64,000 bases of DNA from Shigella phage ESh36. Of the stretch, positions 9,040-17,305 are shown one piece after another. Each line of letters opens with the position of its first letter. Position 1 is the first letter of the stretch. The notes beneath the pieces were generated by a model. The model was not told where the DNA came from. It ran no database searches and was given only the letters and a program-made list of their open reading frames with translations. Made by a program: the position numbers and the translations under genes. The stretch lies in the sequence record ON528746. One strand, given 5' to 3'.

Positions 9040-9095
9040 AATGTTTTCCTCATTTGTATAGGCTCATAATATCTCAGTCATGAGCCTATGTAAAC

Positions 9096-9359
9096 TTATT
9101 TCATATTATTGAAATATTCTTCTGCGATTTCGTCGTTATCATGGTAAACTTTAGAAGACAGTTTAACATAACCTTCAGCAGTGAACATGTTAATCACAAC
9201 CTTTACAGTATACCACTGACCGTCTTCATTACCCATTACTGCATAAGTTTCAAACATCGGATGGTCAGGACCGATAACTTTAATATCATTCACTGTACGA
9301 CCAAAATCTTCTGAAACACATTTCATAAAGAAGTTGAACAGTTCACCGTAATTATCCAT
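9096..9359 (-). CDS. hypothetical protein (T4 e.8 position)
   Basis: Track ORF starts at TTG; start moved to ATG at 9359 (MDNYGELF) preceded by GGAGAA and lying just downstream of an early-promoter-like element. Confidence 0.45.
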   Translation of the reverse strand: MDNYGELFNFFMKCVSEDFGRTVNDIKVIGPDHPMFETYAVMGNEDGQWYTVKVVINMFTAEGYVKLSSKVYHDNDEIAEEYFNNMK

Positions 9360-9379
9360 TTCATTCTCCAAGTTGTTTT

Positions 9380-9460
9380 CTGTATCAGTAGTTGATAGTT
9401 GTATAGTACCATGGAAGAACAGAGATGTAAACAGTTTTGTGAAAAAATTTTTAGGGAATT
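9380..9460 (-). promoter_or_regulatory. early-promoter/stem-loop element (PeSL-like) upstream of the e.8-position ORF
   Basis: Minus strand: TTTCACAAAACTGTTTAC, 18-nt spacer, TACTAT; weaker inverted repeat. Confidence 0.45.
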
Positions 9461-9553
9461 CTAGGGCAGGGATGGGCAATTAAAGGATAGGATAATATAT
9501 TATAAAGGGTATAAACTAAATGATGCCTAGAGAGGCCCGGAAAGGCCTAGATA

Positions 9554-9580
9554 CCAAAAAGCCCTATCATTTAGATAGGG
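9554..9580 (-). terminator. rho-independent terminator after the IP-like gene
   Basis: Minus-strand hairpin CCCTATC-TAAAT-GATAGGG followed by CTTTTTGG. Confidence 0.55.
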
Positions 9581-9588
9581 ATTTAAAA

Positions 9589-10152
9589 TTATTTACCTAG
9601 TTTACTTATTATAGCTTCTGCAGCAGCTTTTAGCTTAGATGCAGTGTTAATACGATTTTTAATTTCAGTATACGCATCGCCAAGAACATCAAGGCTATCA
9701 GAATAAACACTTACACTATTGCGTTCGCTATTTGAAATAGAACCTTTAGTTTTGCGGTCAAAATCGGTGTACACGTCTTGAAGATCGCGGGCTGCCTTCT
9801 TTGCATCATCCAATGCATCAAGAGCTTTATTCAAAGCATTAACGTATTTTTTAGTGTCGAACATATTCTTAGAAATTTTAACAGGTGCGCGTTCAGGAGT
9901 AGCTAACACAGATTTAGGAACCTGAGCGCCAGATGCCAATTTCTTAGAAATTTTGAAAAATGCTTTATTGAATTTATTTTCTTGACTCATTGTAAAAGAA
10001 CTATTATCGATGTTGTACATTTCAATAGCTTTAGCTTTCCACTTAAGAAAATCGCCGCGGTCTTTTGGGTCCAATTGGAAGAATACTTTAGTAAGATCTG
10101 CTTCAGATGGTAATTTTGCTGCTTCGGTTAAAAATTCGGCATAGGTTTTCAT
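9589..10152 (-). CDS. internal-protein-like head protein with capsid targeting sequence
   Basis: 187 aa; N-terminus MKTYAEFLTEA (IP capsid-targeting leader); followed by a rho-independent terminator. Confidence 0.6.
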   Translation of the reverse strand: MKTYAEFLTEAAKLPSEADLTKVFFQLDPKDRGDFLKWKAKAIEMYNIDNSSFTMSQENKFNKAFFKISKKLASGAQVPKSVLATPERAPVKISKNMFDTKKYVNALNKALDALDDAKKAARDLQDVYTDFDRKTKGSISNSERNSVSVYSDSLDVLGDAYTEIKNRINTASKLKAAAEAIISKLGK

Positions 10153-10240
10153 TTAAAATCCTTGAAATAATTTATCGGTTGGTTATTAATTATTTATTAC
10201 TTTGTTACTATCCGTAACAGCGTTATCCGAGTGATTCAAA

Positions 10241-10270
10241 CTAAAAAGCCCCAACCTTTCGGTCGGGGCT
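10241..10270 (-). terminator. rho-independent terminator closing the tRNA/small-RNA transcription unit
   Basis: Minus-strand hairpin AGCCCCGACC-GAAA-GGTTGGGGCT followed by TTTTTAG. Confidence 0.6.
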
Positions 10271-10275
10271 AAGCC

Positions 10276-10586
10276 TTGCGGCAACCTTGTCGGGGTTCCA
10301 CCTGCTAAGGCAAGTGTTTGTACGAAACGCCGGGACTTGAACCCGGTTATTAAGTAGTTGACGCTACTCAATATTTTTAAAAGGCCATATCTCGACCATA
10401 TCCGAACGTTCCGTCAAAAACGCTACTCGGCTTACGGCAAAGATATTTCCTCGAATCGATAATTCGGTGCGCCGTTTCTGCTGTGATATAAGGGGACATT
10501 AACAAAACATAAAGATTTATTAATGCCAGTCCTTAAACAGGGAACATCAGTCCGACGACTTACCGGTAGCGACCCGGTTTCTTGTC
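10276..10586 (-). ncRNA. candidate stable small RNA region downstream of tRNA-Arg (tRNA-like fragment)
   Basis: ~310 nt with no convincing ORF between tRNA-Arg and a terminator; contains hairpin AGTAG-CGTCAAC-TACTT followed by a canonical T-arm CCGGG-TTCAAGT-CCCGG but no acceptor stem. Confidence 0.3.
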
Positions 10587-10662
10587 TGGTCGAGGCAGTA
10601 GGGATCGAACCTACGACCCAGGACTTAGAAGGTCCTTGCTCTTCCTTCTGAGCTATGCCTCG
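10587..10662 (-). tRNA. tRNA-Arg (anticodon UCU)
   Basis: Manual fold of reverse complement: acceptor CGAGGCA/TGCCTCG, D-arm GCTC..GAGC, anticodon loop CUUCUAA, T-arm GTAGG-TTCGATC-CCTAC, CCA encoded. Confidence 0.8.
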
Positions 10663-10666
10663 TATT

Positions 10667-10741
10667 TGGCGGACGTGATAGGATTCGAACCTATAACCAA
10701 TCGCTTAACAGGCGATCGCTCTGCCATTGAGCTACACATCC
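10667..10741 (-). tRNA. tRNA-Asn (anticodon GUU)
   Basis: Acceptor GGATGTG/CACGTCC, perfect anticodon stem ATCGC/GCGAT, loop CUGUUAA, T-loop TTCGAAT, CCA encoded. Confidence 0.75.
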
Positions 10742-10745
10742 AAAT

Positions 10746-10832
10746 TGGTGGGGAGTGATGGAGTCGAACCACCCGAGTCGCAATGACAATGAATTTACAG
10801 TCCACACCGCTACCTCTACGGGATAACTCCCC
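10746..10832 (-). tRNA. tRNA-Tyr (anticodon GUA), long variable arm
   Basis: Acceptor GGGGAGT/ACTCCCC, anticodon loop CUGUAAA, long variable arm, T-arm GGTGG-TTCGACT-CCATC, CCA encoded; D-arm pairing irregular. Confidence 0.6.
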
Positions 10833-10845
10833 TTAATTCTTAATT

Positions 10846-10920
10846 TGGTGGCCCTGGGTGGAATTGAACCACCATCTGGCGATTATGAGTCGCTTGCTTG
10901 AACCTTCCAGCTACAGGGCC
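10846..10920 (-). tRNA. tRNA-Ile (anticodon CAU; formally Met-type anticodon, as for the T4 AUA-reading tRNA-Ile)
   Basis: Acceptor GGCCCTG/CAGGGCC, anticodon loop CUCAUAA, T-arm GGTGG-TTCAATT-CCACC, CCA encoded. Confidence 0.7.
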
Positions 10921-10921
10921 T

Positions 10922-10997
10922 TGGTGCTGATTGACGGAATCGAACCGCCGACCTTCTCATTACAAGTGAGTTGCTCTACCTACTGAGCTAAATCAGC
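10922..10997 (-). tRNA. tRNA-Thr (anticodon UGU)
   Basis: Acceptor GCTGATT/AATCAGC, D-arm AGCTCAGTAGGTAGAGC, anticodon loop CUUGUAA, T-loop TTCGATT, CCA encoded. Confidence 0.8.
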
Positions 10998-11002
10998 AAA
11001 AC

Positions 11003-11092
11003 TGGCGGAGGCGATAGGATTTGAACCTATGAGTCGCCGGAGCGACTGCCGGTTTTCAAGACCGGTGCATTAAACCACTCTGCCACGCCTCC
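11003..11092 (-). tRNA. tRNA-Ser (anticodon UGA)
   Basis: Reverse complement GGAGGCGTGGCAGAGTGG...CTTGAAA...TTCAAATCCTATCGCCTCCGCCA; type II tRNA with long variable arm. Confidence 0.85.
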
Positions 11093-11094
11093 AG

Positions 11095-11168
11095 TCTCCA
11101 TACAAGGATTTGAACCTTGGACCTCCTGATCCCAAATCAGGCGCTCTACCAAACTGAGCTACACGGAG
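11095..11168 (-). tRNA. tRNA-Pro (anticodon UGG)
   Basis: Acceptor CTCCGTG/TATGGAG, D-arm GCTCAGTTTGGTAGAGC, anticodon loop UUUGGGA, T-loop TTCAAAT; CCA not encoded (abuts tRNA-Ser). Confidence 0.8.
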
Positions 11169-11178
11169 TAAATTAAAT

Positions 11179-11252
<74 letters not shown>

Positions 11253-11257
11253 AAATT

Positions 11258-11344
11258 TGGTGCGAGAAGTGGGACTCGAACCCACAAGGAAATCATTCCG
11301 CAGCATTTTAAGTGCTGTGCCTTTACCAATTTGACCATTCTCGC
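11258..11344 (-). tRNA. tRNA-Leu (anticodon UAA)
   Basis: Reverse complement GCGAGAATGGTCAAATTGGTAAAGGCACAGCACTTAAAATGCTG...GGTTCGAGTCCCACTTCTCGCACCA; type II. Confidence 0.85.
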
Positions 11345-11345
11345 G

Positions 11346-11418
11346 CTGGGAATAAAGGACTCGAACCTTTGCATCTAGCAGTCAAAGTGCTATGCCTTAC
11401 CAACTTGGCTAATTCCCA
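11346..11418 (-). tRNA. tRNA-Gln (anticodon UUG)
   Basis: Reverse complement TGGGAATTAGCCAAGTTGGTAAGGCATAGCACTTTGACTGC...GGTTCGAGTCCTTTATTCCCA; CCA not encoded. Confidence 0.8.
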
Positions 11419-11487
11419 ATTATTAACAAAGGCTCTCAAACAAGAACCCTTGATGATAGAGGGTATTAATCAGTGCGATATGAGTTA

Positions 11488-11513
11488 ATAATAACAAATA
11501 ATTCTTAAAGCAA
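11488..11513 (-). promoter_or_regulatory. candidate MotA-dependent middle promoter upstream of the tRNA cluster
   Basis: Minus-strand TTTGCTTTA (MotA-box-like) then a 12-nt spacer and TATTAT -10, about 60 nt upstream of tRNA-Gln. Confidence 0.3.
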
Positions 11514-12020
11514 ATTAAACATTTTAACTGTCGGCAAAACAATTTCTTCTTCGATATAAGCAAATTCTACATGTTCAACTACACGCAAGAAATCATATTC
11601 ATAGTATTCAGAAGCATGACCAAGAATATCAATGAGGCCTTCAGATATCTTATTACCATTCACAAAGAATAAGTCAAATACACGTTCTTCATCTTCTTCG
11701 GATTTATTACCAAGGTCAACTTCTATATCAAAAACTTTTTTAATGAATTCTGGATAAAGTTGGTCTGAGAACAGTCCTTCAACCAAATATTCATATATAA
11801 AAAGCTCCTGCTCGCTGAACAAACCATTACCACAATAACGGTCAGCTTTAGTGCTAGAATGACGACTCTTAAACTTCTTCAAGAGATATTTAAATTGCTG
11901 GAGCTCATGCTCTTCTACACCAAATAGTGTTTTGGTTTTATAGTTGTCACCATCATTTTCATAGGTAGTGACATCAATTACGTAGCCCTTAGGAATTGTG
12001 CTGCCTAAACGAATATACAT
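11505..12020 (-). CDS. hypothetical strongly acidic protein (171 aa)
   Basis: ATG-initiated ORF between the tRNA cluster and the ipI-position gene; D/E-rich, no catalytic motif. Confidence 0.5.
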   Translation of the reverse strand: MYIRLGSTIPKGYVIDVTTYENDGDNYKTKTLFGVEEHELQQFKYLLKKFKSRHSSTKADRYCGNGLFSEQELFIYEYLVEGLFSDQLYPEFIKKVFDIEVDLGNKSEEDEERVFDLFFVNGNKISEGLIDILGHASEYYEYDFLRVVEHVEFAYIEEEIVLPTVKMFNLL

Positions 12021-12316
12021 TTGCTCACCATATTAATGTAAGTATATTTAATACATTCAAGACCCAAAGGATTCTTGAAAATATCATATTCAAGAGGACC
12101 TTTTTCTGTTTCAATAAAGAAATCAAAATTTACTGTATTAAATTTGCGGTCTTCCTTTACTAATTTAACTTGAGAAGATGAACGGCCAATGTAAACCTTT
12201 TCAACTTCAAAATATGTTAAAATACCATAATCATCAATCAAGGATTTAGCTGCTTCTTGATCATATTTATATCCATTTTCAATGGATGATACTTTCGCAT
12301 AAAGAATCATTATCAA
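12005..12316 (-). CDS. hypothetical protein (103 aa)
   Basis: ORF in tight array with its neighbours. Confidence 0.4.
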   Translation of the reverse strand: MIMILYAKVSSIENGYKYDQEAAKSLIDDYGILTYFEVEKVYIGRSSSQVKLVKEDRKFNTVNFDFFIETEKGPLEYDIFKNPLGLECIKYTYINMVSKCIFV

Positions 12317-12702
12317 CCTTCATCAACAATAGTGTGCGTATTGGCATTAACTATTTGCCACCAATCAAAGCGATTAGAACCATACATCGGTTTGTTTTCA
12401 TTTTCTTTGATAATGTCACGGAGTTCATCTTCGGTAGCGGCTTTCGCTATTAAATCAGCATATCCACCACGAGGATAATAATTATCACCTGCAAAAAGTA
12501 AAAAGTTTGGTTTAATGTTATTGAACTCTTCAAGAGTAATAACTTTTCCTGACGGTTGAACAATCTCTACATATTTATATCCCAATTTTTGAGCAGCATC
12601 TACTGCTTCAAGCAAAGTATCATGAGCCCATCCAATTTGACAACCTGGCTTTTCAGATGGATTCGCCTGATAATCCGCATACACTTTATACATTCTATTC
12701 AC
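12313..12702 (-). CDS. hypothetical protein (129 aa)
   Basis: ATGA-type overlap with the downstream gene; no recognisable motif. Confidence 0.5.
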   Translation of the reverse strand: MNRMYKVYADYQANPSEKPGCQIGWAHDTLLEAVDAAQKLGYKYVEIVQPSGKVITLEEFNNIKPNFLLFAGDNYYPRGGYADLIAKAATEDELRDIIKENENKPMYGSNRFDWWQIVNANTHTIVDEG

Positions 12703-12880
12703 CTTTAGAAATTTTATCCATAACGATAGCGATTAAACCAATTAAAAATGCTACTACAAGTGAAAACACATTTTCTGCTGTAGTTAATAATCCACATATA
12801 AATCCAACAAACATTGAAAAACTAAAAGCAGAAGCAGAAATTGCAATAGCAACATTTCGAATTAATTCACAACGTTTCAT
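12695..12880 (-). CDS. small membrane protein (about 61 aa, two predicted TM helices)
   Basis: Start moved to the internal ATG (MKRCELIRN) preceded by GAGGAG and placed just downstream of an early-promoter-like element. Confidence 0.4.
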   Translation of the reverse strand: MKRCELIRNVAIAISASAFSFSMFVGFICGLLTTAENVFSLVVAFLIGLIAIVMDKISKGE

Positions 12881-12902
12881 TTTTATTCTCCTCAGTAGTT
12901 GA

Positions 12903-12963
12903 TAGGGTAATAGTATCACAACTAAAACCCTATGTAAACAACTTTGTGAAATTATTTTAAATC
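12903..12963 (-). promoter_or_regulatory. early-promoter/stem-loop element (PeSL-like) upstream of the small membrane ORF
   Basis: 32-bp block ATGTAAACAACTTTGTGAAATTATTTTAAATC identical to the copy at 13262-13293; inverted repeat ATAGGGT/ACCCTAT encloses the -10 TACTAT; GTTTAC -35 at an 18-nt spacing. Confidence 0.55.
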
Positions 12964-13209
12964 TTCTAATCGTTTCTTCATCTTAGAACCATTTTTAGCA
13001 ATTTCTCCTGCATCGGAGCATAATGCTAAAAGCGCTTTAACTTTAGTTTGATCTCCTTTAAAAGACGAAGGATCGACTGCAGCAGCAAGTTCTTTAATAC
13101 GAGAGAAAAGACGCTCAGCTTCAGCTAAAGCCATTCCAAGCTTTACTTCCATACCGTGGGAAGATTCAATGATAGTAGTTTTTGTAGCAAACTCTTTGAA
13201 AGTTTTCAT
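12952..13209 (-). CDS. internal-protein-like small head protein at the T4 ipI position
   Basis: 85 aa; N-terminus MKTFKEFATK resembles the IP capsid-targeting leader, with IIE site nearby; directly downstream of 57B as ipI is in T4. Confidence 0.5.
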   Translation of the reverse strand: MKTFKEFATKTTIIESSHGMEVKLGMALAEAERLFSRIKELAAAVDPSSFKGDQTKVKALLALCSDAGEIAKNGSKMKKRLEDLK

Positions 13210-13230
13210 TTTATTTTCCTAATTAATTTT

Positions 13231-13978
<748 letters not shown>

Positions 13979-13979
<1 letters not shown>

Positions 13980-14704
13980 TATAGTACCTTTAGTGTATTT
14001 TTAATTTTAGAAAAAAGTTCTTCAAGAGAACCATCGTTTGTAATTACTAAATCGCCATCACGAATTGGCAATCCAGCTTCTGTAATATGTGTATCATTGG
14101 ATTTTTGGCCAGGACGAACTACATGAATTACTGTAGCACCCATCGCCCTAGCCGCATCCATTTCATGATCTTGACGGGTATCAGGAACGATATAATAATC
14201 ATAACCTGAGTTAAATTTATCAAGATAATCTAAAGCAAATAATTTTACCCAGTACATGCGGTCGAAGTTATTAACAATCAAATCCGTACCTAGGGCTTGC
14301 ATCAGACGACGGACTGACCATTGATCTTCAATATTATTTATAACGTCAGCAATCTTATTAAATGCTACGAAAGTAACTGATTCTTTTCCTTCGTCATCAA
14401 AAACAAACACGCCTTTAATTGGGCTTTTACTATTAAGATAGCAAAATGCTTGTTCCATAATCGTAATTACTTCTAATTTAGTCAGATTTAAATTAGTCTC
14501 ACGATCATAATCAATTCCTTCAAACTCTTTACGAGTTAAGCAAGGATAATCATTGTTTGCTGCAAATACACCCCATGCATAAGCCAACGCATCTTTAATA
14601 GGACCAGCAAGTTGATATTTAGCTGCAGAATAATTATTCATGATAAAATCTGCAGTAGTATCTTTTCCACTACGCTTTACACCGCTTAAAAAGATTAGTT
14701 TCAT
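13979..14704 (-). CDS. 1: deoxynucleoside monophosphate kinase
   Basis: Track start is TTG; ATG at 14704 gives 241 aa MKLIFLSGVKRSGKDTTADFI (Walker A), matching T4 gp1; GAGGAG Shine-Dalgarno. Confidence 0.9.
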
Positions 14705-14753
14705 GTGTTTCTCCTCAAATTTAATTAAGATTATAACACACAAAACTGAAGCA

Positions 14754-15284
14754 TTAAACTTCTGCTATAATTTTTCCATCTTTTTCTACTTGAAAATAGG
14801 TGTAAGGAATCGTTGCAGTACATACTAAAGCCGGGTCTGAATCTTCCGTGTAGCTAAATTCTACTTCAGATAGGTCAGAAACCCAAGGCTTATAAAAATT
14901 TATTGACATCACGATTTCAGTTTTGCTATTATCTAAAATGTAAAGCGTAATGTATTCAGGACCTGTTTTTTGGGCAGTATTTTCACCTGTAAGATAGTTG
15001 CTAGTTCCTAGCATCCATTCATACATTCCTATCCACGACTTAAGCTCTTCATCAACTATAAATCTCACGATGAGTGGATCGTACTCAAATGTAACTCCTG
15101 GACGTTGTGCTCTGCCTAGTCCAAACGGCCCAGTCACGGTATCAGTAACAGGTATCCTAATTCCCGGAATAGGAACTGACTGAGCATTTAAAGTAAAAGC
15201 AGATGTAGTATTACTATGTGGTATTGATACTACAAAGTTAGTTGTATTTGCTTGGTTAAAAATTTGTTGCAGTGCTTGCGACAT
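14754..15284 (-). CDS. 3: tail completion / sheath stabiliser protein gp3
   Basis: Track start is TTG; ATG at 15284 gives 176 aa MSQALQQIFNQANTTNF..., matching T4 gp3 length; GAGGAA Shine-Dalgarno. Confidence 0.85.
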   Translation of the reverse strand: MSQALQQIFNQANTTNFVVSIPHSNTTSAFTLNAQSVPIPGIRIPVTDTVTGPFGLGRAQRPGVTFEYDPLIVRFIVDEELKSWIGMYEWMLGTSNYLTGENTAQKTGPEYITLYILDNSKTEIVMSINFYKPWVSDLSEVEFSYTEDSDPALVCTATIPYTYFQVEKDGKIIAEV

Positions 15285-15390
15285 ATATTCCTCATAATGC
15301 TTTATAAATGTTGGTGGTATAATGGGTCTAAGTCCCTTCCATTCAATTCCAATTAGAACAAACAATAGAAAAGAATGGAAGATAATAGAA

Positions 15391-16215
15391 TTAGATATTT
15401 GACCAGACTTTGTTTGCAGAGAAACGTTTTCCTTTTGAAACGAACTGCTGAAGTGGCATTAACACAACGTTCGCCCAGTCTTTCGGGGCGATTTCAACAA
15501 GGCTACCCATAATATTACCGGGTATATATGCCTTAATCATTTGGTCTGCACCCCTAAATCCTTTCACTTGACTCCAATCAATTTTTAATTTCGTTTTATT
15601 AGTAATAGTAGGTGTATTTGAATATTGCTTTAAAAGCTCTTCTAGAAATTGCTGACGAGCTTTAGGTGGAATATAGTGCAAGTTCAATCCGTACATTAAA
15701 TTATGTTTACCTAAACCAAGGTAAATTATCAAAGGAAATTTATCCCAGTAAGGAAGAGTTTCCTTGTGTTTAGCATCATAAGCAAAAGCATATATTCGTC
15801 CCGGCTGCGGGCGAACAACCTTATGTCCTTTTACTTGCTTAATAGTTTCAGCAAACCACTTTCTGGTTTTATTATTAATTGCTGCGCCTTCATTACGAAT
15901 TTTATCGCGCAATGTTTGTCTGAATGAATTTATCATAAGCAGTTGTCTTTCTTGCTTATTGAGTTTATTCATTGGTTTTGATTCAAGCTTTTGAATCTTT
16001 TCAGCCGTTTTAATTCCTGAAGCATATTTTGACATTGCTGAAGTAAACGTAGAGTATTTGATTCCTCTTTCTTCAGCAAATTGCTTTCCTGTCATTCCTT
16101 TTGCTTTGGCCTTTTTATATTCAAGACCTATTTGAATCCATTTCTTTTCGTTTAATGATTGCTTAACCTTTGGAACTTGGGGAGTGCTTTCATTAATTAT
16201 TTGAAAAATAGCCAT
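15391..16215 (-). CDS. 2: DNA end protector gp2
   Basis: 274 aa, same length and position as T4 gp2 between genes 3 and 4. Confidence 0.85.
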   Translation of the reverse strand: MAIFQIINESTPQVPKVKQSLNEKKWIQIGLEYKKAKAKGMTGKQFAEERGIKYSTFTSAMSKYASGIKTAEKIQKLESKPMNKLNKQERQLLMINSFRQTLRDKIRNEGAAINNKTRKWFAETIKQVKGHKVVRPQPGRIYAFAYDAKHKETLPYWDKFPLIIYLGLGKHNLMYGLNLHYIPPKARQQFLEELLKQYSNTPTITNKTKLKIDWSQVKGFRGADQMIKAYIPGNIMGSLVEIAPKDWANVVLMPLQQFVSKGKRFSANKVWSNI

Positions 16216-16667
16216 TATGCCCCCTTAAAGCCAAGAGCTCGTAATCCATCTTCTGTCAGAATTCTAAATTTTATTCCACGCTTTTCAGCTAAAGCTTGCG
16301 CTGCTTTCCATTTGTCGGTATTAACAGAATATGTATAAATTTCATTCATAAATCTTTTCTTCGCTGCGGTTGTTAGATGTGCTGGTTTAACTGGTGGTTG
16401 TGTTTCTTTTTTAGGTTTTATTTCAATAAAAAATTCTTGTCCAGAAGAATCTTTCATCCAAATATCCATGAAGTATCTACGTTTTTTCCCTTCTGCATTA
16501 CAAAAATAAGGAATTACTGCTGTTTCACTACCCCATGCAATAATTTCTGGATTTTTATCTAACCATTCAAAAAAGAATTTTTCCCAATTTGATCTATACG
16601 TAATTTTTTTAGGGTCACCTCTATACTTTGATATATTTTTAGGAACCCATTTTCCAGAATATGCCAT
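16215..16667 (-). CDS. 4: head completion protein gp4
   Basis: 150 aa [21 protein letters not shown], matching T4 gp4. Confidence 0.85.
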   Translation of the reverse strand: MAYSGKWVPKNISKYRGDPKKITYRSNWEKFFFEWLDKNPEIIAWGSETAVIPYFCNAEGKKRRYFMDIWMKDSSGQEFFIEIKPKKETQPPVKPAHLTTAAKKRFMNEIYTYSVNTDKWKAAQALAEKRGIKFRILTEDGLRALGFKGA

Positions 16668-16678
16668 TGGATTCTCCT

Positions 16679-16686
16679 TATAAATA
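16679..16686 (+). promoter_or_regulatory. late promoter (TATAAATA) for gene 53
   Basis: Exact TATAAATA about 30 nt upstream of the gene 53 ATG. Confidence 0.55.
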
Positions 16687-16693
16687 GATAATA

Positions 16694-16701
16694 TATTTAT
16701 A
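16694..16701 (-). promoter_or_regulatory. late promoter (TATAAATA on minus strand) for gene 4
   Basis: TATTTATA on plus strand, equal to TATAAATA on minus, in the divergent 4/53 intergenic region. Confidence 0.5.
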
Positions 16702-16714
16702 AACAGGAGGGCCC

Positions 16715-17305
16715 ATGCTCTTTACATTTTTTGATCCGATTGAATATGCGGCCAAAACGGTGAATAAAAACGCGCCGACTATTCCTATGACAGATATTTT
16801 TAGAAACTATAAAGACTATTTTAAACGCGCTCTTGCGGGATACCGCTTACGTACTTATTATATCAAAGGTTCACCACGCCCGGAAGAATTAGCAAATGCT
16901 ATATATGGAAATCCACAGTTGTATTGGGTTTTATTGATGTGTAATGATAATTATGATCCGTATTATGGATGGATTACTTCGCAAGAAGCTGCTTATCAAG
17001 CATCTATACAAAAATACAAAAACGTAGGTGGAGACCAAATAGTATATCATGTGAATGAAAACGGTGAAAAATTTTATAATTTAGTATCATATGATGATAA
17101 TCCATATGTTTGGTATGACAAAGGCGATAAAGCTAGAAAATATCCTCAATATGAAGGAGCACTTGCTGCGGTCGATACGTATGAAGCTGCTGTTCTTGAA
17201 AATGAAAAACTTCGTCAAATAAAAATAATAGCAAAATCAGACATCAATTCATTTATGAACGACCTTATACGTATAATGGAGAAATCTTATGGAAATGATA
17301 AGTAA
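16715..17305 (+). CDS. 53: baseplate wedge protein gp53
   Basis: 196 aa, T4 gp53 length and position ahead of gene 5. Confidence 0.85.
   Translation: MLFTFFDPIEYAAKTVNKNAPTIPMTDIFRNYKDYFKRALAGYRLRTYYIKGSPRPEELANAIYGNPQLYWVLLMCNDNYDPYYGWITSQEAAYQASIQKYKNVGGDQIVYHVNENGEKFYNLVSYDDNPYVWYDKGDKARKYPQYEGALAAVDTYEAAVLENEKLRQIKIIAKSDINSFMNDLIRIMEKSYGNDK

Noticed and set aside
10186-10371. 61-aa minus-strand ORF downstream of tRNA-Arg
   Set aside because: Overlaps the terminator hairpin and the tRNA-like T-arm; region is better explained as structured RNA.
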